A DNA stretch of 64,000 bases from Octopus sinensis (taxonomy: Eukaryota). Of the stretch, positions 56,480 to 64,000 are shown piece by piece; the first letter of the stretch is position 1, and each line of letters opens with the position of its first letter. The position numbers were made by a program, and so were the translations under genes. The stretch lies in the NCBI RefSeq assembly GCF_006345805.1, contig NC_043012.1, positions 17,484,001 to 17,548,000 on the forward strand, given 5' to 3'. A model generated the notes under the pieces. It did no database searches. It was not told the origin of the DNA and worked only from the letters and a program-made list of their open reading frames with translations.

Positions 56480-56819
56480 ATAAAATGTCTTGCTCAAGGA
56501 CACGACGCGCCGCCAGGAACTGAACTCGTGACCCTGCCATCGTCAGCCGAATACCTATTTCTTTACTACCCACAAGGGGCTAAACACACAGGGGACAAAC
56601 AAGGACAGACACACGGATTAAGTCGATTATATCGACCCCAGTGCGTAACTGGTACTTATTTAATCGACCCCGAAAGAATGAAAGGTAAAGTCGACCTCGG
56701 CGGAGTTTGAACTCAGAACGTAAAGACAGACGAAATACTGCTAAGCATTTCGCTGGCGTGTTAACGTTTCTGCCTGCTCGCCAGCCGAATACCCTAACCT
56801 CTAAGCCACGCGCCTTCAC
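56480..56819 (-). mobile_element. tRNA-derived SINE head interrupted by a tail-B SINE family 2 copy (56556-56781) with a 12-bp TSD
   Basis: CAGCCGAATACC at 56544-56555 and 56782-56793. Removing the insert restores GTGAAGGCGCGTGGCTTAGAGGTTAGGGTATTCGGCTGACGATGGCAGGGTCACGAGTTCAGTTCC. Confidence 0.85.
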
Positions 56820-57306
56820 ACACAAACACAGCACCACCACCCCACACCACATACAAGCCGCACACACACACAACACACACAAACAACACACTCACACCAC
56901 ACACACACAACACACAAACACACACGCGCATATAAATAAGTGGAAACGTAACAAGTGACAAGAGATGGTTAATTGATAAAGTTTATCGTTTTATAATATA
57001 ATTATCATTAATTTTCGTTCCTTTGTTTTTACTTTTTCTTTGACATTTGATTTTTTTTTTGTCTGTAGAGTGCTTAAATACTATTTCTACGTAGGTACAT
57101 CACGTAGAAAATGAAAATCTGATTTAAGAAAGTTTCTCTTCACAACACCCACTCGTGGAAGTGTATATGCTAGTATTGGTAAGTGATACTAATTAAAGTA
57201 GTGTCGTTTAAAATATATACAACATTCACCAATGAACAGCTGGTAATATTGTGTTGAAACAATTATAGATATATGTCATAAAGCATATTTAATCCATTGC
57301 CTTTAA

Positions 57307-57410
<104 letters not shown>

Positions 57411-57627
57411 AATCCTACTTAACGTAGATGTATTGTAAGAAACCCGAATTGGCTTAGAGCCTCTCATACAGTCTTTGCTGCCTAAAAGCACATAAACATT
57501 GTGAGCTACCGCTATTTCCGTGCATTTAAGCACGAAATGTCTATACCAGATGCTTTCACAGGACAAATACTACAGTATTACGGCTTTCATACAAAACCCA
57601 CGCGTTAGCTAGGACATATATATATAT

Positions 57628-57671
<44 letters not shown>

Positions 57672-57675
<4 letters not shown>

Positions 57676-58085
57676 CGCAGGAGTGGCTCTGTGGTAAGTA
57701 GCTTGCTTACCAACCACATGGTTCCGGGTTTAGTTCCATTGCGTGGCATCTTGGGCAAGTGTCTTCCACTATAGCCTCGGGCCGACCAAAGCCTTGTGAG
57801 TGGATTTGGTAGACGGAAACTGAAAGAAGCCCGTCGTATATATGTATATATATATATATATGTGTGCGTGTGTGTTTGTGTGTCTGAGTTTGTCCCCCTA
57901 GCATTGCTTGACAACCAATGCTGGTGTGTTTATGTCCCCGTCACTTAGCGGTTCGGCAAAAGGGACCGATAGAATAAGTACTGGGCTTACAAAGAATAAG
58001 TCCCGAGGTCGAGTTGCTCGGCTAAAGGCGGTGCTCCAGCATGGGCGCATTCAACTGACTGAAACAATTAAAAGAGTAAAAAAAA
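57672..58085 (+). mobile_element. SINE family 1, full length, best-preserved copy
   Basis: A-box-like TGGCTCTGTGG, B-box-like GGTTTAGTTCC, CORE-like CTTGGGCAAGTGTCTT, and a tail shared with the LINE. Confidence 0.9.
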
Positions 58086-58097
58086 AGATATATATAT

Positions 58098-58310
58098 ATA
58101 GTTAATCCAAACATGAAAACACAAAGAGAAAATACAACAACGCGAGGACGTGGAACAAATATAGTATTATTGGACGCTCAGGAAGGAAGGGAAGAAGGAG
58201 GATCTAACCTTTCGAGCGGAGCTCTTCTTCAGAAACATAGGAAAAGGAAAGATCCAGAGAAGGGAAGACGGAGGAAAAAAATTCTCCAACGGTATACACG
58301 CGGTCACATT
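58098..58310 (-). mobile_element. Second copy of the Penelope-like short repeat, hammerhead motif at ~58204-58236
   Basis: Matches 17994-18206; CTGAAGA-A-GAGC-tcc-GCTC-GAAA. Confidence 0.7.
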
Positions 58311-58311
58311 T

Positions 58312-58354
<43 letters not shown>

Positions 58355-58649
58355 AGTTAACAAAATAAAGCGGTGGGTGGTGTTATATTAAGTATTATGT
58401 TAAAAACACACACAATCTATATGAGCACAAACGGAACCAACCGAAAGCACACACACAACATGTCACCAAATCCACGCCAGTTATCGCCCAAAGACTCGCG
58501 TGAAATTGCTGCGCGCATTTGGACGATTACTGACGAGGATTTGGTGATATTCTCTGCACGTTTTGCGTTTGTGCTTATATATATTATTAGTGTTTTCCTA
58601 ACATACGTGTGTATGCGTGTGTGTATGTATGTGTGTGTGTGTGTGTGTG

Positions 58650-58682
<33 letters not shown>

Positions 58683-58939
58683 TGTGTGTGTGTGTGTGTG
58701 AGTGTGTGAATTAAAAGTTCTTTTCGCATAGGAAGGCGATTGACAAACAAATCTATGTTCCCTAGAAATAGTAGAACTCCTCCCTTCACAAGATAGAGAC
58801 GGAAAAATAATGTCATTGCGGGCGTAGTTGCGGAAATAAGCAAGGATATCCAGATGACAAACGATCTGACATGATCTCACATTCTCAATCATTATTCAAA
58901 TGAATAAATCAACTGTATTCTGAAACACGAGCCAATTTT

Positions 58940-60287
58940 GTGAGTATGACTTTATGTTGCTGTCTCTAAGGATCAGTTTCTGTTTTCTGGGACATTGCCA
59001 CTATAAGAGCTACTGATGTCTCAATGACAATATCTTAAACTTAATGAATTTGAATCAGAGATGTGTGTGTAATGAGGGAAAATAAAGTACTTCACATTTG
59101 TTGTAGGTTGTAATACCTGCTATAAAAATTTATCACTGTATATCACCTTCGGGATAGATTGCTGTGCAAACTTCACTACCGAAATTTCGTGGATGTTATA
59201 TCGAAATGTGAATTTCATTGGAGTCCAAGTTCTCAATCGTATGACATCTTTATGTGTTTCTGCGAGAAATCTGCAAGTGAATATAGAGCATTGGTTCTCT
59301 ATTGTGTTATTGTTATATCTGAAGAAATTGCCAGCTTCTTCTATGATTATGGAAACAATTAGATAAAACGCGTTTCAGCATTCGTTTTGGCTGTTGGACA
59401 TTTATCAGACTTATTCAAACACTCGAATAAAATAAATTTCACAATGAAGAAATTGAGAGAGAACAGGCAGCAGTGTCTCGAAATGATTGAGGCATTTTAA
59501 GAAAAAAGCCTTATTTTGGATTATCTAAATGTAAGAAAGTTTCTTATCTGTTCTTGGCCTGTTGGAAGGATTGAAGCACAGTTGGAAATCGATTCTTCGT
59601 TGAAAGAAGGAATTACTGATCATCTGTCAGTGTTTGAGAATGCAGTAAAGTACATACCATAAGAAAACTGTTGACGACCGGATCCGACAACCGTTCTTAT
59701 TGGACAAGGACCTTAAAGAGGAGACTGTGAAACTACAAGGTAAGGAAGCCAACAAAATTCTCTTCCGATTCTTTGACAGAATTATAGTAAAAACAGTTAA
59801 CTTGCAAATATAACATTGGAATCAATAATTTCTTTCCCCACAACTTATCTTTGAGAATCTGTATTTTCTACTGTGATGCATAGAAAATAATACGACCACC
59901 ACCACCACCAACAAAAAAATAGAATCGAACCGCGTCTACGTCATGCGATTGGCGCTCACAAATACTACATCAAACATAGAGAAACTAGTGAAAATAAGCA
60001 GAAAAAAAACAGTCAATAATTTTATTTTTCTGTATTTTGTGTTAACTATGTTTCTTGCTAATCATGTGAAGATAGTGACTTTTATGAAGCTGGTTGTTTA
60101 TTGACTATAAATGTTTTGTGATAATTTTTTTTAGTTTTCTTTTTACAATTTCAACTATAATAAAATATATAAGACATAAAATCCACTTAAACTTTAAATA
60201 ATATTATGGACGTTTAATGAGGTGTATTGGCCTATGTGACTTGTTATCAAAGGGTGGTTTGACAAGCAAAAGTTTGGAATCACTCGT
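58940..60287 (+). mobile_element. Heavily decayed hAT (Charlie/SPIN-like) transposon
   Basis: Broken frames give YHCI..., VDVISKC, FCEKSASEYRALVLYC, EEIASFF, HLSDLFKHSNKINF and EMIEAF. The end AAAAGTTTGGAATCACTCG resembles Charlie termini. Confidence 0.55.
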
Positions 60288-60599
60288 CTTAAGCCTTTTC
60301 ATCTTTGTCAATATATATGATTTGCTAAAGTTAGTTAGTATGTACCCGTAATATCACGTATAAAAGTAGTCAGCTTCAGCGATACGAATCACTTTACGCC
60401 AAGTTTATATTATATATTGACACATTTTGGTTTGTTTTACACTACAGGTATTATTGTTTATTGGAAACTGAATGAGCATCACAGCGTCGCAGGTTTGTTC
60501 AAAAGAACTGCTTTGAGTATACTTAATAAATCAATAGGAGGAGAGTGTAAGAATTATGGATTGGATTGGCTGAATATTTAGAGCACCGGGAAAATAATA

Positions 60600-61300
60600 T
60601 TTTCTACTCTAGGCACAAGGTCCGAAATTTTTAGGGGAGGGGCCAAGTTGATTAGATCGATCCCAAAACGCAACTGGTACTTAATTCATCGACACCGAAA
60701 GGATGAAAGGCAAAGTCGACCTCGGTGTAATTTGAACTCAGAACGTAACGGCAGACGAAATACCCATTTCTTTACTACCCACAAGGGGCTAAACACAGAG
60801 GGGACGAACAAGGACAGACAAACGGATTAAGTCGATTACATCGACCCAGTGCGTAACTGGTACTTATTTAATCGACCCCGAAAGGATGAAAGGCAAAGTC
60901 GACCTCGGCGGAATCTGAACTCAGAACGTAGCGGCACACGAAATACCGCAAAGCATTTCGCCCGACGTGCTAACGATTCTGCCAGCTGGCAGACGAAATA
61001 CCTATTTCTTTACTACCCACAAGGGGCTAAACACAGAGATGATAAACAAGGACAGACAAACGGATTAAGTCGATTACATCGACCCCGGTGCGTAATTGGT
61101 ACTTAATTCATCGACCCCGAAAGGATGAAAGGCAAAGTCGACCTCGGCGGAATTTGAACTCAGAACGTAACGGTAGACGAAATACGGCTACGCATTTCGT
61201 CCGGCATGCTAGCGTTTCTGCCAGCTCGCCGCCATTGGCAGACGAAATACCGCTAGTCATTTCATCCGGCGTGCTAACGTTTCTGCCATCTCGCTCCTTG
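60600..61300 (-). mobile_element. Host SINE-2 with two tail-B SINE-2 copies inserted at one site
   Basis: GGCAGACGAAATACC occurs at 60750-60764, 60988-61002 and 61237-61251, separating two ~225-235-bp inserts. Confidence 0.9.
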
Positions 61301-61411
61301 CACCGAAAAAATAATCAGAGTAAGTAGTTATAGTTCAGTTCTTTAAGTTCTGCGCTCAAATTTGGTTGATGTCACATTTACCTTTCAATTTTCCTGGGTC
61401 GAGAAAACTAT

Positions 61412-62026
61412 CATTTCTACTAATGGCACAAGGTCTGGAATTTTGGAGGAGGGAAGAAGTCGATTACTTCAATCCCCAGTGTTTCACTGGTACTTATATT
61501 ATCAACCCCGGAAGGATGAAAGGACAAAGTCGACCTCGGCGGAATTTGAACTCACACTATTGCGACGAGCGAAATACCGATAAGCATTTCGTCCAGCGTG
61601 GAAACGATTCTTATTTCTTTATCGCCCACAAGGGGCTAAACAAAGAGGGGAAAACAAGGACAGACAAATGGATTAAGTCGATTACATCGACTCTAGTGCG
61701 TAACTGGTACTTGATTTATCGACTCCGAAAGGATGAAAGGCAAAGTCAACCTCGGCGGAATTTGAACTAAGAACGTAACGGTAGACGAAATATCTATTTC
61801 TTTACTACCCACAAGGGGCTAGGCACAGAGAGGACAAACAAGTACAGAGAAACGGATTAAGTCGATTATATCGACCCCAGTGCGTAACTGGTACTTATTT
61901 AATCGATTCCGAAAGGATGAAAGGCAAAGTCGACCTCGGTGGAATTTGAACTCAGAACGTAACGGCAGACGAAATACGGCTAAGTATTTTGCCCGGCGAG
62001 CTAACGTTTCTGTCAGCTCGCCGTCT
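61412..62026 (-). mobile_element. Second nested SINE-2 cluster (host plus two tail-B copies)
   Basis: Junctions ...AAACGATTCT|TATTTCTTTATCGCCCACAAGGGG (~61611) and ...GTAGACGAAATATC|TATTTCTTTACTACCCACAAGGGG (~61794). Confidence 0.85.
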
Positions 62027-62694
62027 AGGGAGTCGATAAAAATAATGTTCCAATTATGTTATGAAGTAGATTTCCTCGGTTATGCACTACCCAACACTTA
62101 TGAAAAAGGTGAAACATCAATACAAGTGCACGGAGCGAGCATATTTTGCCACTAAATATAATACCGTTGAGGTGAGGAGACGGATTGTATTCAAGATTGA
62201 AACAAAATAAATTTTTCCTGGGACGCATGAGCATCAGATATTTCTATTATTGTTTAGTCTCAGGTCATCTCTGATCAAGCAGATAACTGTTTAACACTTT
62301 CGAGCCATGGCTATCCTTTATAATTCAAGACAAAGCATACAAGAATTTAAAATACATTACGTGCTTCTGTTCGATAGTAAGATATATTTTGTGTGATTTT
62401 ACCCGATATTTCTCGGAGAATGTGTTGGTATGTAAATGGCTCTTCCTAAAAGCTTAAAAGAGAATAATTGCGATGAAATTATGATTTCTAATTTAGTCTC
62501 AAGGGCAGCAATTTTAAGGTGAGTGGCTCGTCGATACCATTGGCCCCGATGCGCGAATGAATGAAAGGAAGAGTTTACCTTTGAGGGATTTGAACTCACA
62601 ACGTGTGTATGTATGTATGTATGTATGTATATGTATGTATGTATGTATGTACGTATGTATGTATGTATGTATGGATGGATGGATGGATGGGTGT

Positions 62695-63110
62695 ATTCTT
62701 TTATTCTTTTACTTGTTTCAGTCATTTGACTGCGGCCATGCTGGAGAACCGCCTTCAGTTGAGCAAACCGACCCCAGAACTTATTCTTTGTAAGCCTAAT
62801 ACTTATTCTATTGGTCTCTTTTGCCGAACCGCTAAGTTACGGGGAGGTAAACGCACCAACATCTGTTGTCAAGCGATGGTGGTGGTGGGGGGGGGCAAAA
62901 ACAGACACACAAACATGCACACACACATACACACACGTATATATATGACAAGCTTCTTTTAGTTTCCGCCTATCAAACCCACTCACAATGTTTTGATCGT
63001 CTCGAGGCTATAGTAGGAGGCACTTGCCCAAGGTGTCACGCTGTGGGACCGAACCCAGAACCATGTGGTTGGTAAGCCAGATACTTACCATACAACCAAC
63101 CTGTGCTTAT
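62695..63110 (-). mobile_element. SINE family 1, full length
   Basis: TTCTTTTACTTGTTTCAGTCATTTGACTGCGGCCATGCTGGAG...TACTTACCATACAACCAACCTGTGCTTA. Confidence 0.9.
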
Positions 63111-63217
63111 GTATGTATAAATGTATATATTAAATTATTTAATTGCTCAATTTATTATTTTGGTTTCCATTTCTAATTTATATACATATATGTGAAAATA
63201 TCTGTTCCGTTCTGGCT

Positions 63218-63321
63218 ATTTCTTACTGACGAATCTAAGGGCCTATGGAAGATTGGCTTGATAATTTAATCAGGTATTTACCATTAAGTATACATAGATA
63301 ACGGTGCATCGTATAAGAAAT
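63218..63321 (+). ncRNA. Hammerhead ribozyme, unit 1 (GAAAC altered to TAAC)
   Basis: ATTTCTTA-CTGACGA-A-TCTA...TAGA-taAC-GGTGCATC-GTA-TAAGAAAT. Confidence 0.7.
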
Positions 63322-63698
63322 TACAGGGTAAAGTTTTTTAATTCTCCTGGTTTGCGGAATTAATTTATTTTGCGTTGAAGCTTTGCTGTTATTTCTAGTG
63401 GGTGAATGGCCTATTATGGCCGTTCCTTGATTGTGATGTTGAACTTATAAATGGTCTATGACTATTAATTTTTTCCCACTAGGCCGCTGGTGGCAAAAAA
63501 ATTCTACAAAATTTTTTTTTTGCCACCCTATATTGAATAATATGAATTTTCTGGTTGATTCCGTAATGGAATCGGCGGCTTATATTTATTTGCTGCCGAT
63601 AAATTTGGCCGCGAGTGCGATGATTTGAAAATTTTAGGTCAGATATTGCCGAGGCAGGGACAGAAATGCCTCGTGAAAATATCTGTTCCGTTCTGGCT

Positions 63699-63804
63699 AT
63701 TTCTTACTGACGAATCTAAGGGCCTATGGAAGATTGGCTTGATTTAATTTAATCAGGTTAGTTTACCATTAAACAGTAGAGAAACGGTGCATCGTATAAG
63801 AAAT
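63699..63804 (+). ncRNA. Hammerhead ribozyme, unit 2 (intact core)
   Basis: ATTTCTTA-CTGACGA(63707-63713)-A-TCTA...TAGA-GAAAC(63781-63785)-GGTGCATC-GTA(63794-63796)-TAAGAAAT. Helix I is a perfect 8 bp. Confidence 0.88.
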
Positions 63805-64000
63805 TACAGGGTAAATGTTTTTTAATTTTCTCCTGGTTTGCGGAATTAATGTTATTGCGGTTGAAGCTGTGGCTGTTATTTCTAGTGGGTGAATGGCCTA
63901 TTATGGCCGTTCCTTGATTGTGATGTTGAACTTATAAATGGTCTATGACTATTTAATTTTTTCCCACTAGGCCGCTGGTGGCAAAAAAATTCTACAAAAT

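Larger units (their letters stand above)
63192..64000 (+). mobile_element. Tandem ~482-bp repeat with one hammerhead ribozyme per unit (candidate non-LTR retrozyme); continues beyond the window
   Basis: The unit start GTGAAAATATCTGTTCCG occurs at 63192 and 63673. The copies are nearly identical and non-coding, with many internal hairpins. Confidence 0.8.

Noticed and set aside
60750-61251. CRISPR-like direct repeats
   Set aside because: The repeats are 15-bp TSDs and the spacers are SINE copies. The context is eukaryotic and there are no cas genes.

Overview
AT-rich, microsatellite-dense eukaryotic DNA. The tRNA-derived SINE families suggest a cephalopod (Octopus-like); this is my inference. 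I see no convincing host protein-coding gene, and almost all ORFs in the track are artefacts of (TA)n, (CA)n, (TATC)n, (TATG)n, (ATT)n and (CTT)n repeats. Recognisable content: the 5' part of a Tx1/L1-like retrotransposon (frameshifted ORF1 with zinc knuckle, 1-1427, minus); a near full-length CR1-group LINE (30903-34670, CCCH ORF1, APE and RT); several decayed mariner and hAT elements; and about 30 SINE copies from three families. Three features stand out. (1) About 15-20 type I hammerhead ribozyme motifs sit in small, TA-repeat-embedded, fold-back Penelope-like elements. One set forms a ~482-bp tandem array at the window end that looks like a non-LTR retrozyme. (2) One SINE subfamily repeatedly inserts at the same site inside tRNA-derived SINE heads and builds an array separated by target-site duplications. 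(3) The CR1-group LINE and the commonest SINE share a 3' tail. All calls are by eye; coordinates of degenerate repeats are approximate.
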